64,000 nucleotides of DNA from Hyphomicrobiaceae bacterium (GTDB lineage: Bacteria > Pseudomonadota > Alphaproteobacteria > Rhizobiales > Hyphomicrobiaceae): NCBI GenBank assembly GCA_965222775.1, contig OZ244971.1, positions 1,309,165 to 1,373,164 of the forward strand, read 5' to 3'. The notes under the pieces were generated by a model. The model made no database searches, was not told the origin of the DNA, and was given only the letters and a program-made list of their open reading frames with translations. Positions 38,702 to 47,664 of the stretch are shown piece by piece. How positions within the stretch are numbered: position 1 is the stretch's first letter; the number at the start of each line of letters is the position of its first letter. The translations under genes and the position numbers were made by a program.

Positions 38702-39855
38702 GCAAGCCGTTCCAATTCATATGACAATGCGTCCATCATGTCTGTGATATCCGTTTCGCTAACATTAAGGGTGATCGCGAGGCGTAAACGGGCCGTGCCT
38801 TCAGGAACGGTTGGAGGGCGGATGGCGCGAACGTCAAACCCATGTGATTGTATGGCATGTGAAAGGGCAAGCGCGCGTTCGTCTGATCCAACAATTATGG
38901 GTTGAATTTGTGAGTTGGATGGTTTTATGGAGCCGAGTTTTTGAAGTTCGTTGATGGTGTGCGTTGTCAATTTTTTTAGGTCTGTTCGACGTGCGTCGCC
39001 TGTAGCGATAAGTTTTAGGCTGTGGCGCACAAGCGCTGCGATGAGCGGAGAGGGTGCGGTTGCATAAATCAGCGAACGACTTCGATTGATGAGAAAATCT
39101 TTGATAGTGCACGGTGCACAAACAAGTGCTCCCATCACACCTAATGCTTTGCCGCAAGTATGTAATGAGATGACGTTGTGGCGTCCTTCCAGGTGAGCAC
39201 TTAGCCCGCGGCCATTTGGGCCAAAGACGCCAGTGGCGTGGGCTTCATCCAATACGAGGACGGCGTCGTGGCGGTCGGCGACCGCTGCAAGATCATCTAA
39301 GGGCGCGCGATCACCGTCCATGCTGTAAAGCGTTTCAATGGCAATCCACGCTGTGCCTGTCCCGCCGCGCGTGCGCCATTGTGTGATTGCGTCGTCAAAC
39401 CCTTGAGCATTGTTGTGGGCGGCTGCAACGCATTCGGCTCTGCTCGCACGCATACCGTCATGGACGCTGGCGTGGATCAATTCGTCAAACACGATGAGAT
39501 CGCCGCGTTGTGGAAGGGTTGAAAAAATTGCGTGATTGGCCGTGAACCCACCGGCAAGAAACAGCGCAGTTTGGGCGCCAAAAAATTGCGCTGCCTCGTG
39601 TTCTAACTTTTGATGTTCTTCGTGATTGCCACGAAGGAGGCGGGAACCGGTGGCGCCAACAGGGATGCCGCGGGCAAGGGCTTCCGTTGTTGCTGTCTTG
39701 AACGTTGGGTCATTTGCAAGGCCGAGATAGTCGTTGGATGCAAAGTCAATTCCCGAACTTGGGGAAAGATTGCGCAACCTATTGCGACGCTTCAGCGCTT
39801 TGAGGCTTTTTTGATGGGCGTCAAAAGGGCCTTTAGATTTAGTCTCGGAGTGCAT
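38698..39855 (-). CDS. bioF: 8-amino-7-oxononanoate synthase BioF
   Basis: 385-aa PLP-dependent alpha-oxoamine synthase (NDYLGL..., ...HTCGKALG). Confidence 0.85.
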   Translation of the reverse strand: MHSETKSKGPFDAHQKSLKALKRRNRLRNLSPSSGIDFASNDYLGLANDPTFKTATTEALARGIPVGATGSRLLRGNHEEHQKLEHEAAQFFGAQTALFLAGGFTANHAIFSTLPQRGDLIVFDELIHASVHDGMRASRAECVAAAHNNAQGFDDAITQWRTRGGTGTAWIAIETLYSMDGDRAPLDDLAAVADRHDAVLVLDEAHATGVFGPNGRGLSAHLEGRHNVISLHTCGKALGVMGALVCAPCTIKDFLINRSRSLIYATAPSPLIAALVRHSLKLIATGDARRTDLKKLTTHTINELQKLGSIKPSNSQIQPIIVGSDERALALSHAIQSHGFDVRAIRPPTVPEGTARLRLAITLNVSETDITDMMDALSYELERLA

Positions 39856-39861
39856 CTTGGC

Positions 39862-40893
39862 TTACGCGCCCAGGGGTTCGAGTCCAAGTCGGTCGAACAG
39901 GCGTTCATCTTTATCTTGATCGGGGTTGTCAGCGGTGAGCAACGTATCGCCGATAAAGATTGAATTGGCACCTGCAAAAAAGCAAAGGGCTTGCATTTCG
40001 TCGGTCATGTCCGAGCGACCCGCAGAAAGGCGTACAAAAGACTGCGGCATCAAAATGCGGGCCAGTGCAATGGTTCTGACAAACTCGATTGGATCTAGTT
40101 TTGCGGTGTCTTCCAATGGTGTACCGTCGACGGGGATCAAAAGGTTTATGGGAACGCTTTGCGGGTGCTCGGGTAAGTTTGCCAACGTGACTAACATTTC
40201 AACGCGATCTGCGGGTTCTTCACCCAGACCTAGGATGCCACCGCAACAGACATTTATGCCAGCTTCGCGAACACGAGCCAAAGTGTCGAGCCGATCTTTG
40301 AACGTTCGGGTGGAAATGATGTTGGCGTAATGTCGTTCAGAGGTGTCAATGTTGTGATTGTAATAATCAAGGCCAGCGTCTTTCAGGCGCGTGACGTCCG
40401 TGTCGGAAAGCATGCCCAAGGTGGCACATGTTTCAAGCCCTAAGGCTTTGACGCCCGCAATCATGTCAACTACGGCGTCCATGTCGCGCGTTTTGGGGCT
40501 GCGCCAGGCGGCGCCAAGGCAATAGCGTGTGGCGCCTGATGCACGTGCTGTTTGTGCTTCTTCAATTACGTCGCTGACCTCCATGAGTTTGGAGGCTCCG
40601 ACATCCGTGTTGTATTTGGCCGATTGACTGCAGTAGCTGCAATCTTCTGGGCAGCCGCCTGTTTTGATATTCAAAAGGCGACTTTTTTGAATCTTATTGG
40701 GGTTGAAATTTTTGCGGTGGATGGTGTGGGCGCGAAAAAGCAAATCGTTAAACGGTTGGTCGTAGATGGCGCGCGCCTCGTCTGCTGTCCAGTTATGCCG
40801 GGTCGCGGATCCAACTTTATTTTCAACGGTGTTGCCCGTGTCGACGGACATTTGATCTTCATGTGCCAGGTCGGGTGCCAAAGGTTGGGACAT
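39862..40893 (-). CDS. bioB: Biotin synthase BioB
   Basis: Radical [14 protein letters not shown] motif and BioB-like sequence. First gene of the bioBFDAZ operon. Confidence 0.9.
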   Translation of the reverse strand: MSQPLAPDLAHEDQMSVDTGNTVENKVGSATRHNWTADEARAIYDQPFNDLLFRAHTIHRKNFNPNKIQKSRLLNIKTGGCPEDCSYCSQSAKYNTDVGASKLMEVSDVIEEAQTARASGATRYCLGAAWRSPKTRDMDAVVDMIAGVKALGLETCATLGMLSDTDVTRLKDAGLDYYNHNIDTSERHYANIISTRTFKDRLDTLARVREAGINVCCGGILGLGEEPADRVEMLVTLANLPEHPQSVPINLLIPVDGTPLEDTAKLDPIEFVRTIALARILMPQSFVRLSAGRSDMTDEMQALCFFAGANSIFIGDTLLTADNPDQDKDERLFDRLGLEPLGA

Positions 40894-41075
40894 GAATCGT
40901 CTTTCGTTTATGCGTTATTATTTGTGTGCCTTGGGGTTTCGGCAGTCCATTAGGGAAACCAGGCCGAGCGGTGGTGTTCGTTTTGCACCGTGAATGGGTC
41001 TTAATGCAAGGGCAGAAGCGTTAACTTGGCCTCAATTTGGGTCCTGCGCGGTTCGGCTCATCTGATGTTGGCGCT

Positions 41076-43058
41076 TTATAGCGCAATTTTGCCGCCGCCT
41101 TTCTTGGTAATGGCGAGGACTGAGGGACGGGGCGGCATTGACGAGTCAAAGTCGGGCCAGCGCGTAGAGGGGTTCTCGAAGCTTGAATAACCGCCGCCTT
41201 CGCTTTGACCTGGGTGCTGAACTGCTAGGAAAAATGTTTCGATATCGGGCGTCAACGTGGGACCGCAGAGTTCAGCGCCTCTGGGGCAGCGAAAGAAAAG
41301 CTTGGATGTGCCGCGTTGGTTGCCTTCCGTTTCCATGGCCCAGACACCGTCCGTGCGTCCGGTCTTGGATTGTGAGTTGCCATCCGTTGCAATCCATAAG
41401 CGGCCCTTAGCATCGATCACGCAGTTATCGGGATTGGCAAACCAACCATTGACGCTTGTGGCTGGATTAAATGTTGCGCCGACTTCGGCAACCATCGGAT
41501 CTCCGCAGCGAACAAGAATTTCCCAATGGAATGTTGGCGCAACGTGGTCGCCACCGGAGGGTGTGATTTCAATGATATGGCCATATGCATTTTTGGCCCT
41601 TGGGTTTGCGGCGTCGACTGTTTTTTCTGTGCGCGCGGTGTTGTTGGTGAGCATGACATAGACTTTGTTGGTTTTTGGATTGGCTTCTATGTCTTCTGGG
41701 CGATCCATTTTTGTCGCTCCAAGGAGGTCAGAAGCGAGACGCGCATTGATGACCACATCGCCTTGGTTTTGAAATCCGGACGAAGCGGTAAGTGGGCCTT
41801 GCCCGTGTTCTAATGGGAGCCAGATGCCACTGCCATCTATGTTAAAGCGGGCGACGTAAAGCGTGCCGTGATCAAGGAGATCGCGGTTTGCGTCGGGATT
41901 GGTGTTATCAATTTTGTCGCGCGTCACATAACGATAGACGTAGTCAAACTTCTGGTCGTCGCCTTGATAGATGACGAACCTGCCATCGCGGTTGATAATG
42001 TTTCCAGCACCTTCGTGCTTAAAGCGACCGAGAGCTGTTCGTTTTACGGGCGTTGCTTTGGGATCACGAGGGTCAATTTCGACAACCCAGCCGAAGCGAT
42101 TGACCTCATTTGGTTCCTTGGAAATGTCGAAACGGTCGTGAAATTTGCCCCATGCATATTGCTCGGAGGGTGCTCCATATCGCTGAAGGGCGATGGCGTG
42201 TGGTGATTTGTTCGCAAATTTTCGGCCCCAAAAATAACCATTGAAATTTTCTTCACACGAAAGCCATGTGCCCCAAGGCGTCATAGCGCCGGCACAATTG
42301 TTGATCATGCCGCGCACCATTTTGCCGCTGGTATCATAGCTTGTTTTCATTTTTTCATGGCCGGAAGCAGGGCCTGAAATGCGCATCGGTGTTTCGGCGG
42401 TGATGCGGCGTGCGTAATTTGAGTCATCGACGACGTGCCACTTGCCGTTTTTTTGTTTGATTTCGATGACCGATCCGCCATGGGCCATCATTTCTATGGC
42501 AACTCGTTCTGCCGTCATGTTTGCGAAACGCTCGCCGTCTAATGCGGAACTTGCGTTAGGAAACATCAGTTCTTCGTTGGTGTATTCGTGGTTTATGACG
42601 AGCAACCCATGTTTGTTGCCGTCATCTAATGGTAGGAACCCGATGAAATCGTTGTTGTAACCAAACTGCGTAGCTTGCGCTTCCGCGGTTTGTTTGGTGG
42701 GGTTAAATTCGGGGGCGTCTTTTAGAACCTTGTCGCCCCAACGAATTAGGACGTCAGCATTATAGCCATTGGCGACATGATGCGTGTTGTCGACGCCTGC
42801 AGTAACTTCATCGAAGGAAAACGTGGGGGTTGTTGATGGTGAGTTTTCGGAACACGCGGTGAAAAATGCTGTTGATGACACCGTGGCTACTAAGGCGCCT
42901 GCGCCCATCATGCCTGATAGTACGCCTCGGCGTGACAGGCGTTCCTCGATTATGTCTCCGATCGTGGGGTTTCGCGATTCATTTGCCGAATTGTCTTCTG
43001 CTTCCTCGAAGAGGACTGCCGAGGGTTCGCGGGCCGTTGACATGGTGTCGCTCCACAA
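41076..43058 (-). CDS. phoX: PhoX-family alkaline phosphatase with a twin-arginine (Tat) signal peptide
   Basis: 660 aa. The N-terminus has the SRRGVLSGMMGAGALVA Tat motif. The body matches the PhoX/DUF839 beta-propeller phosphatase family. Confidence 0.8.
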   Translation of the reverse strand: MWSDTMSTAREPSAVLFEEAEDNSANESRNPTIGDIIEERLSRRGVLSGMMGAGALVATVSSTAFFTACSENSPSTTPTFSFDEVTAGVDNTHHVANGYNADVLIRWGDKVLKDAPEFNPTKQTAEAQATQFGYNNDFIGFLPLDDGNKHGLLVINHEYTNEELMFPNASSALDGERFANMTAERVAIEMMAHGGSVIEIKQKNGKWHVVDDSNYARRITAETPMRISGPASGHEKMKTSYDTSGKMVRGMINNCAGAMTPWGTWLSCEENFNGYFWGRKFANKSPHAIALQRYGAPSEQYAWGKFHDRFDISKEPNEVNRFGWVVEIDPRDPKATPVKRTALGRFKHEGAGNIINRDGRFVIYQGDDQKFDYVYRYVTRDKIDNTNPDANRDLLDHGTLYVARFNIDGSGIWLPLEHGQGPLTASSGFQNQGDVVINARLASDLLGATKMDRPEDIEANPKTNKVYVMLTNNTARTEKTVDAANPRAKNAYGHIIEITPSGGDHVAPTFHWEILVRCGDPMVAEVGATFNPATSVNGWFANPDNCVIDAKGRLWIATDGNSQSKTGRTDGVWAMETEGNQRGTSKLFFRCPRGAELCGPTLTPDIETFFLAVQHPGQSEGGGYSSFENPSTRWPDFDSSMPPRPSVLAITKKGGGKIAL

Positions 43059-43106
43059 GGTTGGTTATTTGTTTTGCCTAGGGCGTGCGATATGATCACT
43101 ACGTGG

Positions 43107-43126
43107 CCATGACAGTTTATGACCTG
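43107..43126 (-). promoter_or_regulatory. Pho-box-like site upstream of phoX
   Basis: On the phoX strand: aGGTCATAAACTGTCATg. This is two TGTCAT-type half-sites with ~10-11-bp periodicity, about 50-65 bp upstream of the phoX start. It resembles the PhoB box CTGTCATA(A/T)A(A/T)CTGTCA(C/T), with one base missing in the spacer. Confidence 0.3.
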
Positions 43127-43179
43127 AGGCATTGATCGTCATATTTCGTTGGGTTGCGCAGGCAAAATCGGGGGGCGGT

Positions 43180-43602
43180 TTAATTGCTTTCTTCTGGCAA
43201 ATCCGGCAGGGGAACAATTTCTACACCGTCTTCAAGCAGTTCTTTGGCTTCGGAAAACGACGCTTGGCCCCAAATTTGGCGAGGTGGCGCCTCGTTGAAA
43301 TGAATTTTGCGGGCCTCCTCAGGAAACTCTGTACCGACGTGTTCGGCTTCTTTTCTAATGGTGCGTCCCATTTCCTTCCACATTGCAAAAATTTGCTGCA
43401 TGTCAGGGGTTTTGTTGGTGTTGCCTGTTGGTGCCTCCTTGGAAGAAATGCTTGGTGACATCAGTGATTTTTGAATGTCGCGATTTGCGCATTGCGGACA
43501 TGCAATTTGATTGTCTGAAGCCTGATGTTCGAAGGCTTGGCTGTTGCGAAACCATACGTCAAATTCGTGATCATTGCTGCATCTGAGCATATATTTGATC
43601 AT
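43180..43602 (-). CDS. DUF1178-family zinc-ribbon protein
   Basis: 140 aa. MIKYMLRCSNDHEFDVWF...IACPQCANRDIQKSLM is the conserved alphaproteobacterial DUF1178 N-terminus. Confidence 0.65.
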   Translation of the reverse strand: MIKYMLRCSNDHEFDVWFRNSQAFEHQASDNQIACPQCANRDIQKSLMSPSISSKEAPTGNTNKTPDMQQIFAMWKEMGRTIRKEAEHVGTEFPEEARKIHFNEAPPRQIWGQASFSEAKELLEDGVEIVPLPDLPEESN

Positions 43603-44489
43603 GAAGTGGTTTCCGTATTGGGTTGTCGGTCCAAGTGCGCGACTTCAAAAGCGCGATCGTGTTTGAGCGAAGGTAGTTTAGCACGGACATCATTTAATAT
43701 GTTTGTATTGATTTCGGCAAAAACAACCGTTGGTTCGGTGCCCGCTTCGGCTAGGATTTCGCCCCATGGTGAGACGATGAGGCTGTGCCCAAACGTTCTA
43801 CGTCCATGTTCATGCGTGCCGCATTGTGCGGCTGCAAAAACAAAACATTGGGCTTCGATTGCGCGGGCGCGTATGAGGGTATGCCAATGGGCCTTTCCAG
43901 TGGGCACGGTAAAGGCGGCCGGGACTGCGATAAACTTCGCGCCGGCTTTGGCAAGTGCGCGATGTAGATAGGGAAAACGAAGATCATAGCAAATTGTCAT
44001 GCCGATGCCGCCCCAGGGCAGGTCGGCAACGACAGCATCTGTTCCAGGTTCGTAGTTCTTGCTTTCTTCGTAGGTTTCACCGTTTGGCAATTCGACATCA
44101 AACATATGAATCTTATCGTAGCGCGCCGTGATACGACCCTGCGGTGAAATGAGGTAGGAGCGGTTGGCAAGTTTATCACTTTGAACGAGGACGGGCATTG
44201 AGCCGATGTGCAGCCAGACTTGCAGTTCCTGGGCGAGCGCACGGAAGTGTGCCAGTGCGGGGTTTTCATCTTCTGGTTTGCTGAGGATCAGAAGTTTGTC
44301 TCGTTCCAATTCCATCAACGTCGTGACTTCAGGTGTTTGAATATAATGCGCGCCGTCTTTAGCGGCTTTGCGGATCAATGACGTTGCATTAATAAGATTC
44401 TTTTCAACGTTTCGTCCTGATGTCAGTTGCACTAAGGCAGCTTTAAAACCCGTTGGTTCATGCTTATTTTGTATCTCTTTTTTTGTCAT
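43599..44489 (-). CDS. Carbon-nitrogen hydrolase (nitrilase/amidase superfamily) protein
   Basis: 296 aa with a CN-hydrolase fold (LVQLTSGRN...; catalytic Cys region GMTICYDLRFP). Confidence 0.8.
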   Translation of the reverse strand: MTKKEIQNKHEPTGFKAALVQLTSGRNVEKNLINATSLIRKAAKDGAHYIQTPEVTTLMELERDKLLILSKPEDENPALAHFRALAQELQVWLHIGSMPVLVQSDKLANRSYLISPQGRITARYDKIHMFDVELPNGETYEESKNYEPGTDAVVADLPWGGIGMTICYDLRFPYLHRALAKAGAKFIAVPAAFTVPTGKAHWHTLIRARAIEAQCFVFAAAQCGTHEHGRRTFGHSLIVSPWGEILAEAGTEPTVVFAEINTNILNDVRAKLPSLKHDRAFEVAHLDRQPNTETTS

Positions 44490-44541
44490 GTTTGTGTTGT
44501 CTTATGGGTGGGAAATTTCTGATACCTGGCACAGCCAAAAT

Positions 44542-44832
44542 CTAATCGGCGTTTGAACTTTCGACTGGAGATTCGCCTGTGAAGAGTAATTGGTCAAGTT
44601 CGCCTTTCGCTTCCAGTGCATGGAGTTCGTCGCTGCCACCAATGTGACGGTCACCAATCCAGATTTGTGGGACTGTCGTGCGTCCACCTGCCTTAACGCG
44701 CATTTCGCGGCGAAGGTCATCGTTATGGGCGACATCGATCTGGTTCAAAGCCACACCTTTTGATTGCAGTAGGCGTAGGGCGCGATGGCAATATGGGCAT
44801 GTTGGTGTTGTGTAGATCGTGATTGGTGGCAT
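44542..44832 (-). CDS. grxC: Glutaredoxin 3
   Basis: ITIYTTPTCPYCHRALRLL...TVPQIWIGDRHIGGSDEL has the canonical CPYC active site and GrxC pattern. Confidence 0.85.
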   Translation of the reverse strand: MPPITIYTTPTCPYCHRALRLLQSKGVALNQIDVAHNDDLRREMRVKAGGRTTVPQIWIGDRHIGGSDELHALEAKGELDQLLFTGESPVESSNAD

Positions 44833-44971
44833 GGACAATGATGATTTTCTTAATGAGGTCTTGGGGTTGCAGCGTTAGCTTTTGCAAACTTTCCTTTGTT
44901 GTTGCAAACCACCTGATTGTTTGTGGTCTGTCAACTAAGTGACTGTGGTTCTTGGAGCACAATGGCCGCGA

Positions 44972-45760
44972 TTACGTGGTCATTTGGTTGGCGTCCGTGA
45001 CAAGTGCAAGTGCGAGAACGTCGACTTCTGCGGCGCCGGCAGCGCGAAGTGTTCTGGTGCAGGCCTCTGCTGTTGCTCCGGTTGTGATGACATCGTCAAT
45101 GAGAAGCACACGTTTTTCTTTAAGGAGGGGCAGCTTTTTCTTCTCAACTGCAAATGCCCCATAAACGTTTTTGCGACGTTGTGCGGTTGTTAATCCTATT
45201 TGGCTTTTGGTACGCCGCGTACGTTTTAGGATTGTTGGGTGATAGGTCTGGCCGGTTTCTGTGGCGATTGATTGGGCAAGGATTGCGGACTGGTTGAAAC
45301 GGCGCTCCAAGAGACGAAACCTATTGAGGGGGACCGGTATGATGAGGTCTGCTTCAGAAATAAGATTGTTGCCAGCGCCGATAAGCCAGCGAGTTAGCAA
45401 TCTGCGTGCTTGATGTTGGTCCCTAAACTTTAGGTCATGGATAAGATCGCGCATTACTCCAGAGTAGCGTGCAACTGCACGTGCTCTGCGGTAAACGGGT
45501 GGATTAGCAGCGGCTGCCGCAGAGATCATGGGATCGCCGGTGCCATAGGGCATTGGGAGCCCCAACCGGTCGCACAATGGTGGTGTGATGAAATCGATAT
45601 TTGACCAGCAGGCCGCGCATAGACTGTCTCTGTCGCCGATAGGTGATTGGCAGGCGGGGCAAACCGACGGTAGGACAAGGTCGACCGTATACGAGGCTAG
45701 GCGGCTCGCAAGTTCTGCGAGGCGGCTTTGTCCAGCAGTCGCGTGATGTCGTTCCTGCAT
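44972..45760 (-). CDS. comF: ComF-family phosphoribosyltransferase-domain protein
   Basis: N-terminal zinc-finger Cys pairs (CPACQ...CAACW) and a C-terminal PRTase motif LLIDDVITTGAT. Confidence 0.7.
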   Translation of the reverse strand: MQERHHATAGQSRLAELASRLASYTVDLVLPSVCPACQSPIGDRDSLCAACWSNIDFITPPLCDRLGLPMPYGTGDPMISAAAAANPPVYRRARAVARYSGVMRDLIHDLKFRDQHQARRLLTRWLIGAGNNLISEADLIIPVPLNRFRLLERRFNQSAILAQSIATETGQTYHPTILKRTRRTKSQIGLTTAQRRKNVYGAFAVEKKKLPLLKEKRVLLIDDVITTGATAEACTRTLRAAGAAEVDVLALALVTDANQMTT

Positions 45761-45801
45761 CCTTAAGGCACTTGTGCTTTATCGCCGCGTATGGCTCCTG
45801 T

Positions 45802-46752
45802 ATGCATTTTTTCGACCCTATATTAGGACAACGCAGTCGCTGGGGCGAGAATGAAATTGTCGGATCTTTTTCGGTGGTGTCATTGAAACAGATTTTTGAT
45901 CGAGATTTGCTACGAAGACGCAGAGAACGCCAGGCTCATGCAATTGGCGCCCATGATTTTTTGTTGTCTCGGGTTGGTGATGATTTTTTGGAGCGGTTTG
46001 CAGCTATCAATCGGCAGTTTGAGGTCGGTATAAATTTGGGTGCCTACAATGGGCTTTTAAGCCGTCGGTTGCGGGCGTCGGATCGCATTGGGGAGCTGAT
46101 TGATTTGGAGATGTCGTCAGGTCTTCTTGAACAGTGCGGAGGTTTGCGTGTTCAAGCTGACGAAGAATTTCTGCCGATCAGACGTCAGTCCGTGGATCTG
46201 GTGGTTTCAGGTTTGCAATTTCAGTTCGTCAATGATTTGCCGGGAATACTTGTTCAAGTTCGCCGTGCTCTGAAACCAGACGGGTTGATGCTTGCGTCTT
46301 TATTAGGTGGTGAAACTTTGGTTGAACTGCGCGAGGCGTGGCTTGCCGCTGAATCAGAAATCACAGGAGGCGCTTCGCCGCGCGTTAGTCCCTTTGCCGA
46401 TATTCGTGAGCTTGGCGGATTGTTGCAGCGTGCCGGCTTTTCGTTGCCGGTGGTCGATAGTGACGTTGTCCGTGTGAACTATGACAATCCGGTTGCTCTT
46501 ATGCGCGATCTCAAGGCAATGGCTGCAAGCAATTGTCTAATGGGACGGTCACGCAGGCCGGTTTCGCGGTGGCTCTTAGAGCAGGTGTGTGAGATCTATC
46601 AAGACCGCTTTGGTAATGATCAGAGCCGTGTGTCTGCAACATTTGAAATTATTACACTGACGGCATGGGCCGCACACGAAGGTCAGCAAAGACCGCTTGC
46701 CCCAGGTTCGGCTGAGGTGCGTTTGGCAGATGCTCTGGGTTCCCGAAAATAG
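45802..46752 (+). CDS. Class I SAM-dependent methyltransferase
   Basis: Methyltransferase-domain sequence (...DLVVSGLQFQFVNDLPGILVQVRRALKPDGLMLASLLG...). Divergent from comF. The start at ATG 45802 was chosen inside the longer ORF. Confidence 0.6.
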   Translation: MHFFDPILGQRSRWGENEIVGSFSVVSLKQIFDRDLLRRRRERQAHAIGAHDFLLSRVGDDFLERFAAINRQFEVGINLGAYNGLLSRRLRASDRIGELIDLEMSSGLLEQCGGLRVQADEEFLPIRRQSVDLVVSGLQFQFVNDLPGILVQVRRALKPDGLMLASLLGGETLVELREAWLAAESEITGGASPRVSPFADIRELGGLLQRAGFSLPVVDSDVVRVNYDNPVALMRDLKAMAASNCLMGRSRRPVSRWLLEQVCEIYQDRFGNDQSRVSATFEIITLTAWAAHEGQQRPLAPGSAEVRLADALGSRK

Positions 46753-46896
46753 CCTTCGCCAGGATCAGAAACGTTAATCATAAGTCTCTTTAGCCACACA
46801 GCTTGCTGAAGCGCCAATGAGGGCTTGTGCGTCGGCCGCGAAGCTGGCAACTGTGATTTTAATGGCGAACAAAGGGGACAAGCGGAAAACAGCCTA

Positions 46897-47664
46897 ATGA
46901 CGTTACCCACCATACGAGACCCAAGTCGGATCGCGTTGTTTTTGGACTTTGATGGGACGCTTGTCGAAATTGCACCCCATCCCGACGCGATCCACGTGGA
47001 AGATGAGACGCGTGAAACTTTGGCGAAGCTTGAAAAGCAGCTTGGCGGTGCCGTGGCGCTCATCACAGGCCGTGAAATACAGGTAGTTGACGGGTTCTTA
47101 GCGCCCTTGCGGTTGCCCGTGGCAGGCGTTCATGGGTTGCGCCGGCGAGATGCAGAGGGAAATCTGCATGGGCTCAATCTTGATACCGGATTTGTTGCAA
47201 CGGTGACAAAACGTCTGGAGCCATTTGTTGCGCGCCATGATGGATTGTTTCTCGAACATAAAGACGTTGCGGTCGCGCTTCATTATCGTGCGCGGCCTGA
47301 GCTTGGCGATCGGTGTGTTTCCATGATGGATACGGCTGTCCGCGGTGTGGACGGTGCATTGATCTCCCGCGGTAAGATGGTGATAGAGGCGCGTTCGAGC
47401 GCGGGCGGTAAAAGATCGGCGCTCGCTAGTTTTATGATGGAACCACCATTTGCGGGACGGATTCCAGTTTTTGCCGGCGATGACATTACGGATGAAGAAG
47501 GTTTTGAGTACATAAATGAGCAGGGTGGAACGTCGATTAAGGTTGGCGGTGGGCCGACGAAAGCGCGAACGCGTGCACTTGATACGCAGGAGTTCCTATC
47601 GTGGCTTAAAGATCTGTCTCAGCGATTTGATGAAGGCCTTACTGCTGGAGTCTCCCAAACGTGA
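46897..47664 (+). CDS. otsB: Trehalose-6-phosphate phosphatase OtsB
   Basis: HAD-family motif I (ALFLDFDGTLVEIAP) and OtsB-like sequence. Lies in the trehalose cluster. Confidence 0.8.
   Translation: MTLPTIRDPSRIALFLDFDGTLVEIAPHPDAIHVEDETRETLAKLEKQLGGAVALITGREIQVVDGFLAPLRLPVAGVHGLRRRDAEGNLHGLNLDTGFVATVTKRLEPFVARHDGLFLEHKDVAVALHYRARPELGDRCVSMMDTAVRGVDGALISRGKMVIEARSSAGGKRSALASFMMEPPFAGRIPVFAGDDITDEEGFEYINEQGGTSIKVGGGPTKARTRALDTQEFLSWLKDLSQRFDEGLTAGVSQT

Noticed and set aside
40894-41075. BioR/BioQ operator upstream of bioB
   Set aside because: I searched for a TTATMKATAA-type BioR palindrome. Only loose AT-rich matches (TTATGCGTTATTATTTG) are present, and nothing convincing
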